A model generated the notes under the pieces. That model was not told where the DNA came from. It saw only the letters and a list, made by a program, of their open reading frames with translations, and did no database searches. From an uncultured Candidatus Saccharibacteria bacterium (GTDB taxonomy: Bacteria > Patescibacteriota > Saccharimonadia > Saccharimonadales > CAZDQS01), in contig CAZDQS010000003.1 in the NCBI GenBank assembly GCA_964507855.1, positions 21,988 through 85,987 of the forward strand: 64,000 nucleotides of DNA, written 5' to 3'. The translations under genes and the position numbers were made by a program. The stretch's first letter is position 1; every line of letters begins with the position of its first letter. Below are positions 11,072 to 20,486 of this stretch, piece by piece.

Positions 11072-11371
11072 ATGATGTATGCAATGTCCCGAACAAAAAC
11101 AAAAACCAAGCGGCCTAAGTTCAGGTTGCTCCGCGAACAGGACAGTGTCTACTTCCTGAAGCTGGTGCTGCTTCTGGTGCTTGGTGCTCAGTGGCTTCGT
11201 ATCACTAACAACCAAACGTTCTCTATCCCTATTCCAGTTGGGCTGCTTGTTGGGATATATTTTGTCCAGAACGAACGGTTTAGCCTGGATCGAAAAATTC
11301 ATTACGCCATACTGCTGGTCACGGCATTTATTAGCTTCTGGCTGCCGCTCGGTGTATCTATCGTCATATAA
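11072..11371 (+). CDS. hypothetical small membrane protein (99 aa) between rpsJ and rplC
   Basis: Basic N-terminus followed by about 3 hydrophobic segments. An extended -10 (TGTTATAAG, 11053-11061) lies 10 nt before the ATG. No SD. Confidence 0.5.
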   Translation: MMYAMSRTKTKTKRPKFRLLREQDSVYFLKLVLLLVLGAQWLRITNNQTFSIPIPVGLLVGIYFVQNERFSLDRKIHYAILLVTAFISFWLPLGVSIVI

Positions 11372-11419
11372 GTCACAATGACAAGGTGCGTGTAAAGTCA
11401 TTGTAATATTTGCTTCATA

Positions 11420-11448
11420 TTGACAGAGGTAGCAATTTTTGTTAATCT
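11420..11448 (+). promoter_or_regulatory. candidate promoter for rplC operon (TTGACA-N17-TAATCT)
   Basis: Hexamers at 11420-11425 and 11443-11448. The approximately 150-nt leader contains the hairpin TCACCGA-TACT-TCGGTGA. Confidence 0.45.
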
Positions 11449-11601
11449 GTATGGGTATCACAAATTCTTGTACTTGGTCTATTGGCAGGTCTACTGAAAT
11501 TAACAGAGGTAGAAACCACCTTTGACCAAGCATTTTTGTGTCATTTTTCAAATCACCGATACTTCGGTGACCAATAACAACCGTTAAATTAAAGGAGAAC
11601 T

Positions 11602-12216
11602 ATGAAAGCTCTCATTACGAGAAAGGTAGGCATGACAAGTACCATCGCTGACGACGGTACTGTTCAAGCTGTTACTTTGCTTTCCGCTAGTCCCTGTGTC
11701 ATTACACAGGTCAAGACAGACGACAAGGACGGCTACACCGCTGTTCAGCTCGGCTATGGGGAAACAAAGCTCAACAAGGCCCAGGCTGGCCACTTTAAGG
11801 CCGCCGGCGTGCAGCCGAAGATTGTACGCGAATTCCGCGTCGATGAACTGACCGAAGACCTCAAGGTAGGCGAACAACTTACTCCCGAGGTCTTTTCAAT
11901 TGGTGACACTGTCCACGTAACCGGTACCAGCAAGGGTAAGGGTTGGGCTGGCACCATCAAGCGCCACAACTTCCACCGTCAGCGCAAAACGCACGGTGGT
12001 AAGGGTAACACCCGCAAGGTTGGCTCGATCGGATCGATGTACCCGCAGCACATTTTCAAAGGTAAGAAAATGGCTGGCCGCATGGGCGACGAGCAAGTGA
12101 CGGTACGTAACCTCAAGGTTGCATTAGTTGACACAGAGATGGGTGTTATTGGTGTGACAGGTGCTGTTCCTGGCCCACGTAAAGGCGTCGTAATCATCCG
12201 GGGCGAGGAGGCTTAA
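11602..12216 (+). CDS. rplC: 50S ribosomal protein L3
   Basis: 204 aa with a uL3 family sequence. First gene of the conserved L3-L4-L23-L2 order. SD AAAGGAG. Confidence 0.96.
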   Translation: MKALITRKVGMTSTIADDGTVQAVTLLSASPCVITQVKTDDKDGYTAVQLGYGETKLNKAQAGHFKAAGVQPKIVREFRVDELTEDLKVGEQLTPEVFSIGDTVHVTGTSKGKGWAGTIKRHNFHRQRKTHGGKGNTRKVGSIGSMYPQHIFKGKKMAGRMGDEQVTVRNLKVALVDTEMGVIGVTGAVPGPRKGVVIIRGEEA

Positions 12217-12219
12217 AGT

Positions 12220-12885
12220 ATGGCAACTGTACAGACCTATACCAAGACCGGCAACAAAGCGACAACCGCAGCCAAGCTCGATAAGGCGGTATTTGGCATT
12301 GAAGTTACAAACCATGAGCTGCTCAAGCAAGCTTACGTAGCGTATCTGGCTAATGGCCGCCAGGGTGACGCCCGCACCATGACTCGCGGTCTTATCCGTG
12401 GTGGTGGTAAGAAGCCATGGCGACAAAAGGGTACCGGCCGGGCTCGTTTCGGTTCCTCACGTAACCCTATCTGGCGTGGTGGTGGTATCGTCTTCGGCCC
12501 AACTGGCGAGGAGAACTACACACACCACATCAGCACCAAGATGAAGCGCCAGGCTATCCGCCAGGCACTGTCACTAGCTGCTAACGAGGGCCGTGTGAAA
12601 GTTATTGAAGAGTTTACTAGCAAAGATGGTAAGACGAAAGATGCCGCCGGCTTTTTGAAAAAGATTGAGGCGACTGGCAATGTGCTCATCATTGTCGACA
12701 CGAAGAACGATGAGGCCACCCGGGCTATCAACAACCTACGAGATGTTCGCATGGTTACCGCCCGCTATGTCACCGTCTATGATCTGCTAAACGCTGATGC
12801 AGTCGTTGTGACACAGAAGGCACTCGATGGCATTCACGAGTGGCTTGGCAACACTGCGCCAAAGGCAGAAAAGGAGGCTAAGTAA
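12220..12885 (+). CDS. rplD: 50S ribosomal protein L4
   Basis: 221 aa with a uL4 family sequence; conserved order. Confidence 0.95.
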   Translation: MATVQTYTKTGNKATTAAKLDKAVFGIEVTNHELLKQAYVAYLANGRQGDARTMTRGLIRGGGKKPWRQKGTGRARFGSSRNPIWRGGGIVFGPTGEENYTHHISTKMKRQAIRQALSLAANEGRVKVIEEFTSKDGKTKDAAGFLKKIEATGNVLIIVDTKNDEATRAINNLRDVRMVTARYVTVYDLLNADAVVVTQKALDGIHEWLGNTAPKAEKEAK

Positions 12886-13241
12886 TGGCACGTTCAATGA
12901 CACTGAAGCCTCGCATGAGCGAGAAGGCCTATGGCATGAGCCAAATCCGAAATACATATGTGTTTGAGGTTCCGAAAGAAGCCAACAAGCATGAAGTTGC
13001 GGTAGCGGTTGCCAAGCAGTTTGATGTAACTGTCGAAACCGTCAATATCACACTGACAAAGGGTAAGGTCAAGCGTACTTATCGTCGTGGTGGCCGCCCG
13101 GTTGTTGGCCGCGATAATGATGTAAAGAAGGCCTATGTCCGCATTAAGGCTGGTGATACCATCCCTGTCTTTGCCGCAGAAGAAGTAGCTCAAGCGGATA
13201 ATGAGAAGGCAACAAAGAAGGCCAAGAAGGAGGCTAAGTAA
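12885..13241 (+). CDS. rplW: 50S ribosomal protein L23
   Basis: 118 aa with a uL23 family sequence. TAATG overlap on both sides. Confidence 0.94.
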   Translation: MARSMTLKPRMSEKAYGMSQIRNTYVFEVPKEANKHEVAVAVAKQFDVTVETVNITLTKGKVKRTYRRGGRPVVGRDNDVKKAYVRIKAGDTIPVFAAEEVAQADNEKATKKAKKEAK

Positions 13242-14095
13242 TGGCTATTAAAGTACAACGCCCCATGACTCCTGGCCAGCGCGGCATGACCTCGCAGGAT
13301 TTCAGTACGATTACAACCAAGAAACCGTTGCGGTCCTTGCTCGTTGTCAGGAAGCGGCAAAGTGGCCGCAACAACACCGGCCGCATCACGGTACGGCATC
13401 GCGGTGGTGGCGCGCGCAAGTTCTATCGCCTTGTTGACTTTAAGCTTGCGCCAGGCACAACTGCGACTATTGAGCATATTGAGTATGACCCAAACCGCTC
13501 AGCGCACATAGCACGTATTAAGAGCGAGAACGGTACCTACCACTACATCCTGGCTGCCCAGGGCATGCGCGTCGGCCAAAAGATCGTCAGTGCTGAAGAA
13601 GCACCAATTGAGAATGGCAACCGCTTGCCGCTGAAGAATATCCCGACAGGTAGCGTGGTGCATGCAATTGAAATGCAACCAGGCAAGGGTGCCCAGATGG
13701 TGCGTGCCGCCGGTGCCAGCGCTCAGTTGACCGCAAAGGAGCATGGCCTCGCAACACTTCGCATGCCGAGCGGAGAAGTCCGCATGGTGAGTGAAGAGTG
13801 TATGGCTACCATCGGTTCTGTCGGCAATGAGCAGCACCAGAACATCAAGATCGGTAAGGCCGGCCGCAACCGCAAGCGCGGTATTCGTCCAAGTGTCCGC
13901 GGTGTCGTTATGAACGCAGCTGATCACCCACACGGTGGTGGTGATGGTGGCCGTCACGGTGTCGGTGGTGGTAAGAACCACGGTGCCGCACCAAAGACGC
14001 CATGGGGTCAGAAGACATTGGGTTACAAGACCCGCCGTCGTAAGAACACCGGCAAAATGATTGTAAGAAGCCGCCATGCGGCTAAGAGGAAATAA
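13241..14095 (+). CDS. rplB: 50S ribosomal protein L2
   Basis: 284 aa with a uL2 sequence (GRNNTGRITVRHRGGG, MNAADHPHGGG). Confidence 0.97.
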   Translation: MAIKVQRPMTPGQRGMTSQDFSTITTKKPLRSLLVVRKRQSGRNNTGRITVRHRGGGARKFYRLVDFKLAPGTTATIEHIEYDPNRSAHIARIKSENGTYHYILAAQGMRVGQKIVSAEEAPIENGNRLPLKNIPTGSVVHAIEMQPGKGAQMVRAAGASAQLTAKEHGLATLRMPSGEVRMVSEECMATIGSVGNEQHQNIKIGKAGRNRKRGIRPSVRGVVMNAADHPHGGGDGGRHGVGGGKNHGAAPKTPWGQKTLGYKTRRRKNTGKMIVRSRHAAKRK

Positions 14096-14108
14096 GAGGT
14101 AGGATGCT

Positions 14109-14384
14109 ATGAGTCGTTCACTGAAGAAGGGACCATTTGTCGATCCGAAGCTTGCCAAGAAAGTAAATGCACTTGGCAATGAGGACCGTACTATCATCAA
14201 GACTTGGGCGCGGGCATCAGTCATCCCGCCAGAGTTTGTTGGCCGCACAATCGCTGTCCATAACGGCCGCGTGCATGTGCCGGTTTTCGTTACCGAAAAC
14301 ATGGTTGGCCACAAACTGGGCGAATTTGCACCGACACGCAAGTTCCGCTCTCATGGCGGTAAGCTCGCCAAGGGAGGCAAATAA
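14109..14384 (+). CDS. rpsS: 30S ribosomal protein S19
   Basis: 91 aa with a uS19 sequence ([11 protein letters not shown]...HNGR). Confidence 0.96.
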   Translation: MSRSLKKGPFVDPKLAKKVNALGNEDRTIIKTWARASVIPPEFVGRTIAVHNGRVHVPVFVTENMVGHKLGEFAPTRKFRSHGGKLAKGGK

Positions 14385-14767
14385 TGAGTGTTAAAGCATT
14401 TGCCAAAGGTGTGCGGATGAGTCCGCGCAAGGTTGGCGTGGTTGCGAGTCTTGTTCGTGGCCGCACTGTCGCCGATGCGCTGACTATTCTTGAGCACACG
14501 CCACGCCGTGCATCCCTGCCGGTAAAGAAGGTTATTGAAAGCGCGCGTGCAAACGCCGACCATAACCACAACCTCAAGCCTGATACGCTTACGATTGTTC
14601 AGATCAGCGTAACGCCTGGGCCGCGCTTCAAGCGCTACCGTCCGGCTGCTCACGGCCGCGCGTTGCCGTTCCAACGCCGCACCTCACACATTCATGTCGA
14701 AGTTGACGGTGAAGTTCGTGCACCCAAGAAGCCAGCCAAGGCAACAACGAAGAAGGAGGCAAAATAA
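14384..14767 (+). CDS. rplV: 50S ribosomal protein L22
   Basis: 127 aa with a uL22 family sequence; conserved order. Confidence 0.94.
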   Translation: MSVKAFAKGVRMSPRKVGVVASLVRGRTVADALTILEHTPRRASLPVKKVIESARANADHNHNLKPDTLTIVQISVTPGPRFKRYRPAAHGRALPFQRRTSHIHVEVDGEVRAPKKPAKATTKKEAK

Positions 14768-15396
14768 TGGGCCAGAAAGTTAATCCAATTAGCATGCGCC
14801 TCCAGGTTAACAAGGATTGGCGGAGCAAGTGGTTCGCAAACAAGCGCGAGTACGCTACCTACCTCACCCAGGACCTGGCAGTCCGCAAACTTATCCAGGA
14901 CAAGCTTGGTAGCCGCGCAGCAATCAACAAAGTTGATATCGAGCGTTCACCGAACCTGGTTACTGTGACAGTTACGACCGCAAAAGCCGGTGTTGTTATC
15001 GGCCGCGGTGGTGCGGGCGCCCAAGAGCTGAAGGCAGCTATCGAGAAGATTTATGGCGTACCGGCCCGGGTTAATATTGAGGAAATCAAGAAGCCGGAGC
15101 TGTATGCCAAGCTGGTTGCAGAGAACATCGCACACCAGCTGGAGCGACGTATCTCATTCCGTCGCGCAGTTAAGTCAGCAGCCGGTGCAACCATGCGTGC
15201 TGGTGCACAGGGTATTCGTATCGAAGTAGCCGGTCGCTTGAACGGTGCAGAAATGTCACGTCGCGAGAAAGAAGTTGCCGGTTCTGTACCGCTGCACACC
15301 CTCCGCGCTGATATTGATTACGCCCACGTGAACGCCCAGACGCCTGCTGGCATCATTGGTGTCAAGGTGTGGATCTACAAAGGGGAGGTGAACTAG
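14767..15396 (+). CDS. rpsC: 30S ribosomal protein S3
   Basis: 209 aa with a uS3 sequence (MGQKVNP, KH domain). Confidence 0.96.
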   Translation: MGQKVNPISMRLQVNKDWRSKWFANKREYATYLTQDLAVRKLIQDKLGSRAAINKVDIERSPNLVTVTVTTAKAGVVIGRGGAGAQELKAAIEKIYGVPARVNIEEIKKPELYAKLVAENIAHQLERRISFRRAVKSAAGATMRAGAQGIRIEVAGRLNGAEMSRREKEVAGSVPLHTLRADIDYAHVNAQTPAGIIGVKVWIYKGEVN

Positions 15397-15397
15397 T

Positions 15398-15811
15398 ATG
15401 TTAATTCCAAACCGAACCAAGCACCGCAAGGTCTTTAAGGGCAAAATCCGTGGCGCTGCAACATCCGGAAACGAAATTGCATTTGGTGATTTCGCACTCC
15501 AGGCTCAAGGCCACGAGCGCATTACCTCACGCCAGATTGAGTCTGCTCGTCAGGCAATGACTCGTTACGTCAAGCGCGGCGGTAAGATCTGGATTCGTAT
15601 TTTCCCGCACACTCCTGTCACCCGCAAGCCGCAGGATGTCAAGATGGGTAGTGGTAAGGGCAACCCCGAATTCTTTGTTGCCAAAGTCCGACCCGGAACT
15701 GTCTTGTTTGAGATGCAGGGTGTTTCAGAGGAAGTCGCACGCGAAGCGATGCGCCTGGCAAGTCACAAGCTTCCGGTAAAAACTAAGTTCCTCGTAAGAG
15801 AGGAGATCTAG
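15398..15811 (+). CDS. rplP: 50S ribosomal protein L16
   Basis: 137 aa with a uL16 sequence ([11 protein letters not shown]). Confidence 0.96.
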   Translation: MLIPNRTKHRKVFKGKIRGAATSGNEIAFGDFALQAQGHERITSRQIESARQAMTRYVKRGGKIWIRIFPHTPVTRKPQDVKMGSGKGNPEFFVAKVRPGTVLFEMQGVSEEVAREAMRLASHKLPVKTKFLVREEI

Positions 15812-15813
15812 TC

Positions 15814-16014
15814 ATGAAGATTGCTGATATTCGTAAACTTTCAACCACAGAACTGACAACCGAGAGCACCAAACTCCGTGATGAGATTGCCGAGTTACGT
15901 CGCCGCTTGCACATGGGCGAGGTGCAGAACACCAAGGTATTGCGCAACAAGCGCAAAGATCTGGCGCGGATTCTGACAGTTCTCAGTGAACAACTAGCAA
16001 AGGAGACCGCATAA
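15814..16014 (+). CDS. rpmC: 50S ribosomal protein L29
   Basis: 66 aa with a uL29 family sequence; conserved order. Confidence 0.92.
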   Translation: MKIADIRKLSTTELTTESTKLRDEIAELRRRLHMGEVQNTKVLRNKRKDLARILTVLSEQLAKETA

Positions 16015-16331
16015 TGGCCAGGACATTAACCGGTACTGTCTCGTCCAACCGCGGCGACAAGACCATTGTGGTCACCGTGCCGACACGAAAGACGCACCCG
16101 ATTTATCGGAAGCAGTACACAATTACCAAGAAATTCATGGCGCATGATGAGAAGAACGAAGCGCAAGTTGGCGACAAGGTTCTCGTAGAAGAAACCCGTC
16201 CGCTGAGCGCACGCAAACGTCATGTATTGAAGAAGATTATCGAGCGACCACTACTACGTGAAGACGCACTCAAGGTTACTAAGGTCGAGGAACCTGAGGA
16301 AGATAAGACAACGAACGAGGAAGAGCAATGA
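16014..16331 (+). CDS. rpsQ: 30S ribosomal protein S17
   Basis: 105 aa with a uS17 core plus an acidic C-terminal extension; conserved order. Confidence 0.93.
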   Translation: MARTLTGTVSSNRGDKTIVVTVPTRKTHPIYRKQYTITKKFMAHDEKNEAQVGDKVLVEETRPLSARKRHVLKKIIERPLLREDALKVTKVEEPEEDKTTNEEEQ

Positions 16332-16696
16332 TCCAACAAGAATCACGCCTAAACGTCTGTGACAACAGCGGCGCAAAGTCAATTTTGTGCATCCGCGTGC
16401 TTGGTGGCACCCGTCGCCGATACGCACGGGTTGGTGATGTTATTGTTGCCAGCGTCAAGGCCGCAAACCCAAGCGGTAACGTCAAGAAGAAGCAAATTGT
16501 CCGAGCAGTTGTTGTCCGCACGCAGAATCCTATCAAGCGCAAGGATGGCTCAACCATTCGTTTCGACGATAACGCAGCCGTTATCATTGGCGACGACAAG
16601 CAGCCTCGTGCTACCCGTATATTCGGTCCGGTGCCGCGTGAACTGCGCGACCTTGGCTATAACAAGATCATTTCACTCGCTCCGGAGGTCCTGTAA
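16328..16696 (+). CDS. rplN: 50S ribosomal protein L14
   Basis: 122 aa with a uL14 sequence ([17 protein letters not shown]). Confidence 0.97.
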   Translation: MIQQESRLNVCDNSGAKSILCIRVLGGTRRRYARVGDVIVASVKAANPSGNVKKKQIVRAVVVRTQNPIKRKDGSTIRFDDNAAVIIGDDKQPRATRIFGPVPRELRDLGYNKIISLAPEVL

Positions 16697-17025
16697 TGGA
16701 AAAGCAAGTATACAAGATCCGGCTGAAGAAGGGCGACACCGTCATGGTACGCTCTGGCAAGTACAAAGGCCAAACTGGCAAAGTTATTGCCGTACATCCT
16801 GCCGAGAACAAAGTTACTGTCGAAGGCATCAACGTCGTCAAGAAGCACGTCAAGCCAACTCGGCTGCAGCCACAAGGCGGCATCGTTGAGATAACAAAAC
16901 CGATTTGGGTATCAAAGGTAGGCATTCTCGACGCAGAGAAAAAGAAACCTGCCCGTATCGGCTACAAGCTTGGCAAAGACAGCAAGACACGCATCCTGAA
17001 GACAAGCGGAAAGGAGATTAAGTAA
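16696..17025 (+). CDS. rplX: 50S ribosomal protein L24
   Basis: 109 aa with a uL24 KOW sequence (KKGDTVMVRSGKYKGQTGKV). Confidence 0.95.
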   Translation: MEKQVYKIRLKKGDTVMVRSGKYKGQTGKVIAVHPAENKVTVEGINVVKKHVKPTRLQPQGGIVEITKPIWVSKVGILDAEKKKPARIGYKLGKDSKTRILKTSGKEIK

Positions 17026-17594
17026 TGGCGACAGCAGAAGTAACCACAGCACGCTTGAAGCAGCTGTACAACAGCCAGTACGCTCCTGAGCTGAAGAAAG
17101 AACTTGGTGTTACAAACGCTCACCAGGTGCCAAAGCTTGAAAAAATTGTCATAAACGTTGGTCTTGGCCGCGCAAAAGACGATAAGAAACTCATGGAAGT
17201 TGCTACAAACACGCTTCGCAAAATAACTGGCCAGCAGCCGGTTGAGACGGTTGCCAAGAAGTCAATCGCGTCATTTAAGCTGCGCGAAGGCAACAAGATT
17301 GGCCTCAAGGTCACACTTCGTGGCGAGCAAATGTACGAGTTCATGGACCGCCTCATCAACATCGTGTTGCCGCGGCTTCGTGACTTCCACGGTGTTAGTC
17401 CTAAGGCATTCGATCGCCAAGGTAATTTCAGCCTCGGTCTGACTGACCAGTCCGTCTTCCCAGAGTTAACATTCGATGAAACAACAACATTGCATGGTAT
17501 GCAGGTCGTATTTGTTGTCAAAGCCGAGGAGCAAGCGCATGCACGGGCTCTGCTCGAAAAGTTTGGCATGCCATTTGAGAAGGAGAATAAGTAA
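17025..17594 (+). CDS. rplE: 50S ribosomal protein L5
   Basis: 189 aa with a uL5 family sequence; conserved order. Confidence 0.96.
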   Translation: MATAEVTTARLKQLYNSQYAPELKKELGVTNAHQVPKLEKIVINVGLGRAKDDKKLMEVATNTLRKITGQQPVETVAKKSIASFKLREGNKIGLKVTLRGEQMYEFMDRLINIVLPRLRDFHGVSPKAFDRQGNFSLGLTDQSVFPELTFDETTTLHGMQVVFVVKAEEQAHARALLEKFGMPFEKENK

Positions 17595-17863
17595 TGGCTA
17601 AGAAATCTATCGTTGCACGAGATAAAAAGCGCCAGGAGATGATCAAGAAGTATGCTGCAAAGCGTGCTGAGTTGAAGAAGATGGGTGATTATGAAGGGCT
17701 GCACAAGCTGCCTCGTAATTCCAGCCCGACACGGTGGACCAACCGGTGCATTGAGACCGGCCGGCCGCGCGCTTACATGCGCACCTTCGGCATGAGTCGT
17801 ATCAGCTTCCGTGAACATGCCTCAAAGGGTGAGATCCCAGGCGTAACAAAGGCGAGTTGGTAA
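17594..17863 (+). CDS. rpsN: 30S ribosomal protein S14 (cysteine-poor, non-zinc form)
   Basis: 89 aa with a uS14 sequence ending ...[11 protein letters not shown]. Only one Cys, so no CxxC pairs. Confidence 0.93.
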   Translation: MAKKSIVARDKKRQEMIKKYAAKRAELKKMGDYEGLHKLPRNSSPTRWTNRCIETGRPRAYMRTFGMSRISFREHASKGEIPGVTKASW

Positions 17864-17870
17864 GGAGTAT

Positions 17871-18269
17871 ATGATGGTTAGTACAGATCCAATTTCAGAT
17901 ATGCTTACCCGTATACGGAACGCTATTAGTGTCCGCAAGAGCCAGGTAACACTCCCGTACTCTAAGGTAAAGGAGTCGGTTGCTCGTTTGCTGCAGGAAA
18001 ACCGCTACATTGAGCAGGTTGAGGTTGTTGAAGACGGTGCGTTCAAGACATTGCGCCTGACCCTTTTCCCTGAAGAAGAGAACACCCGCATTACCGAGAT
18101 TGTCCGCATGAGCAAGCCTGGCCGCCGTTTGTACGCAAAGGTTGATGAAATCCCTCGCGTCAAGAACGGCCGTGGCGTGGTTATCGTGTCTACTTCAAAG
18201 GGCATGATGACTGATGCAGAGGCGCGCAAGCAGCGTCTTGGTGGCGAATTAATTTGTAAGGTTTACTAA
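17871..18269 (+). CDS. rpsH: 30S ribosomal protein S8
   Basis: 132 aa with a uS8 sequence (DPISDMLTRIRNA). The start could instead be the second ATG at 17874. Confidence 0.95.
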   Translation: MMVSTDPISDMLTRIRNAISVRKSQVTLPYSKVKESVARLLQENRYIEQVEVVEDGAFKTLRLTLFPEEENTRITEIVRMSKPGRRLYAKVDEIPRVKNGRGVVIVSTSKGMMTDAEARKQRLGGELICKVY

Positions 18270-18282
18270 AGAAAGGTAAGAG

Positions 18283-18822
18283 ATGAGTCGAGTAGGAAAA
18301 CTGCCCATTGCCATCCCGAGCGGCGTGACAATCACTGTCGACCCTGAGAACATCACCGTTGCCGGTTCCAAAGGCACGCTGACGCAGTTCACTATGCCTG
18401 GCGTTACCGTCAAGCAAGAGGGCGATCAAGTACTTGTCACCCGTGAGAATGATGAGCCAAAGAACCGCGCTAAGCATGGTCTTATGCGCACATTGGTTAA
18501 CAACATGGTGACCGGCGTCAGCCAAGGCTTCAGTAAGAAGCTTGAAATTAATGGTGTTGGTTACCGCGTCGCATTAGCTGGCCAGGATCTCAAGATGAAC
18601 CTTGGGTTTTCACATGAGGTTATTTACAAACTGCCACAGGGCATCACAGCAACTGTCGAGCAAAACACGATTACAATCTCAGGCATCGACAAGCAACAGG
18701 TTGGCCAGGTCGCGGCTGAAATCCGCGCGCTGAAGAAGCCGGAGCCGTATAAGGGCAAGGGCATCAAGTATGCCGACGAGCGTATCATCCGCAAGAGCGG
18801 TAAGTCAGGAAAGGAAAAGTAG
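18283..18822 (+). CDS. rplF: 50S ribosomal protein L6
   Basis: 179 aa with a uL6 sequence (SRVGKLPI). Confidence 0.95.
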   Translation: MSRVGKLPIAIPSGVTITVDPENITVAGSKGTLTQFTMPGVTVKQEGDQVLVTRENDEPKNRAKHGLMRTLVNNMVTGVSQGFSKKLEINGVGYRVALAGQDLKMNLGFSHEVIYKLPQGITATVEQNTITISGIDKQQVGQVAAEIRALKKPEPYKGKGIKYADERIIRKSGKSGKEK

Positions 18823-18830
18823 GTTAGGTC

Positions 18831-19187
18831 ATGGATAAATTAGCTCTCAAACTACACAACCGTGCTTTGCGCAAAAACCGTGTCCGCGCCGTCGTTTCCG
18901 GGACTGCCGAGCGGCCGCGTCTCAGTGTTTTTGTCAGCAACCGTCACATCAGCGCACAGCTTATTGACGACACGAATCACGTTACGATTGCCGCAGTTAC
19001 AACTGTCGGCCAAAAGGAAGCCACCGGCTCAATGACAGATCGGGCCGTATGGGCTGGCAAGCAGATAGCAAAGAAGGCGAAAGCAAAGAAGCTGAAGTCT
19101 GTTGTTTTCGACCGCAATGGGCGGCTGTACCACGGCCGCATTAAGGCGCTCGCGGATGCCGCGCGCGAGGAAGGACTGGAGTTTTAG
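18831..19187 (+). CDS. rplR: 50S ribosomal protein L18
   Basis: 118 aa with a uL18 family sequence; conserved order. Confidence 0.94.
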   Translation: MDKLALKLHNRALRKNRVRAVVSGTAERPRLSVFVSNRHISAQLIDDTNHVTIAAVTTVGQKEATGSMTDRAVWAGKQIAKKAKAKKLKSVVFDRNGRLYHGRIKALADAAREEGLEF

Positions 19188-19189
19188 CA

Positions 19190-19762
19190 ATGGGACCACA
19201 GACACATCACGACCGCCGGCCACGCCAAAACGCCGTAACAGAAGAAAAGCAATATGACGAGCGCGTCGTACACATCGACCGTGTTGCACGCGTTGTTAAG
19301 GGCGGACGCCGCTTCCGTTTCCGCGCACTTGTTGTTCTCGGTGACCACAAAGGCAAGGTTGGTATTGGTACTGCTAAAGGTGCTGACGTTACCGCCGCAG
19401 TCACCAAAGCTGTTGATGTTGCTAAGAAGAATCTTGTTAGCATCAATCTTTACAATGACACAATCCCGCACGAAGCAGAGGCCAAGGTCGGAGGGGCGCG
19501 CATACTTGTGAAGCCAGCCCGCCCTGGTACTGGTTTGATCGCCGGCGGTGTCGTCCGGACTATTTTGGAAGTCGCAGGCATCAGTAACGCGCTTTCGAAG
19601 TCACTTGGCTCAACAAACAAAATCAACACTGCGTACGCAACACTCGAGGCATTACAGAGCATCGTACCCGCAAAGCAGTGGTTGACTCGGCAAAACGCAG
19701 CAAAGAAACCAGCTGCAAAGAAGGCTGAGAAGGCACCAGTAGCCGCAAAAGGAGCGAAATAA
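19190..19762 (+). CDS. rpsE: 30S ribosomal protein S5
   Basis: 190 aa with a uS5 sequence (VVKGGRRFRFRALVVLGD) and a Lys/Ala-rich C-terminal tail. Confidence 0.95.
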   Translation: MGPQTHHDRRPRQNAVTEEKQYDERVVHIDRVARVVKGGRRFRFRALVVLGDHKGKVGIGTAKGADVTAAVTKAVDVAKKNLVSINLYNDTIPHEAEAKVGGARILVKPARPGTGLIAGGVVRTILEVAGISNALSKSLGSTNKINTAYATLEALQSIVPAKQWLTRQNAAKKPAAKKAEKAPVAAKGAK

Positions 19763-20238
19763 TGAAGTACAACGAACTATCAGTATCTTCACATAAGTCA
19801 AAGCGCCGCGTTGGTCGCGGTATCGCAGCCGGTCAAGGTAAGACCGCTGGTCGCGGTACCAAGGGTCAGAGCTCACGCAGCGGTGGCCGGGTTCGCCCGG
19901 GCTTCGAGGGCGGCCAGAACCCGCTCATGCAACGTTTGCCAAAGCTGCCGGGCTTCCGCTCAATTCGCCCGAAAGCCGAAAATGTCTACACTGGTCAATT
20001 GAATCAATTCTCCGGTACGGTAGACAATTTCAAACTAGCTGACGCAGGGCTTATTACCAGCCCATACGTCAAGGTAAAGCTTATCCTCAAAGGGGATGTG
20101 ACCAAGAAGGTGGCCGTGAAACTGCAGGCCGCAAGCGCCAGCGCAATTGCGGCTGTCAAGAAGGCCGGCGGCAGCTTCGATGTCGTCGAGCAGGTCAAGC
20201 GCCAGCCAAAAGAACCTGCCAAGAAGGCTGACAAGTAA
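19762..20238 (+). CDS. rplO: 50S ribosomal protein L15
   Basis: 158 aa with a uL15 sequence. It overlaps the rpsE stop, so there is no room for an L30 gene. Confidence 0.94.
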   Translation: MKYNELSVSSHKSKRRVGRGIAAGQGKTAGRGTKGQSSRSGGRVRPGFEGGQNPLMQRLPKLPGFRSIRPKAENVYTGQLNQFSGTVDNFKLADAGLITSPYVKVKLILKGDVTKKVAVKLQAASASAIAAVKKAGGSFDVVEQVKRQPKEPAKKADK

Positions 20239-20442
20239 AAATACGGCAAAACAATTAGCCAGACTGCTCCGCTAGAGCGCACTTTAGGGTATACATTTTC
20301 TGCTGCAACAGACCCAGGCAGCTTTCCGCCAGCACACCGCTCCCGCTGCGTAATCACCATTACGCTTTGGTCGCCTGGTACTGGCGGAAAACACCCTGGC
20401 GCCAGTTTCGCATAGAAAAGTATCCCAAAAGTGTGCTCTTCT

Positions 20443-20451
20443 TGCTATACT
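20443..20451 (+). promoter_or_regulatory. candidate extended -10 promoter element (TGCTATACT) for secY
   Basis: TGn+TATACT lies 36 nt before the secY ATG, inside an unusual 248-nt rplO-secY spacer. Confidence 0.35.
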
Positions 20452-20486
20452 AGGAGCAGTTTTATTTTGGGGATACAAGAGACAAT

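Noticed and set aside
11027-11551. 174-aa minus-strand ORF spanning the rpsJ-rplC spacer.
   Set aside because: It runs antisense through the rpsJ terminator and the plus-strand membrane ORF and has no SD. The plus-strand ORF has a better promoter context and a membrane-protein-like sequence. The choice is not certain.
16359-16889. 176-aa plus-strand ORF overlapping rplN and rplX in another frame.
   Set aside because: It lies entirely within two confidently identified ribosomal protein genes, and its translation is Arg/Ser-rich and nonsense-like.
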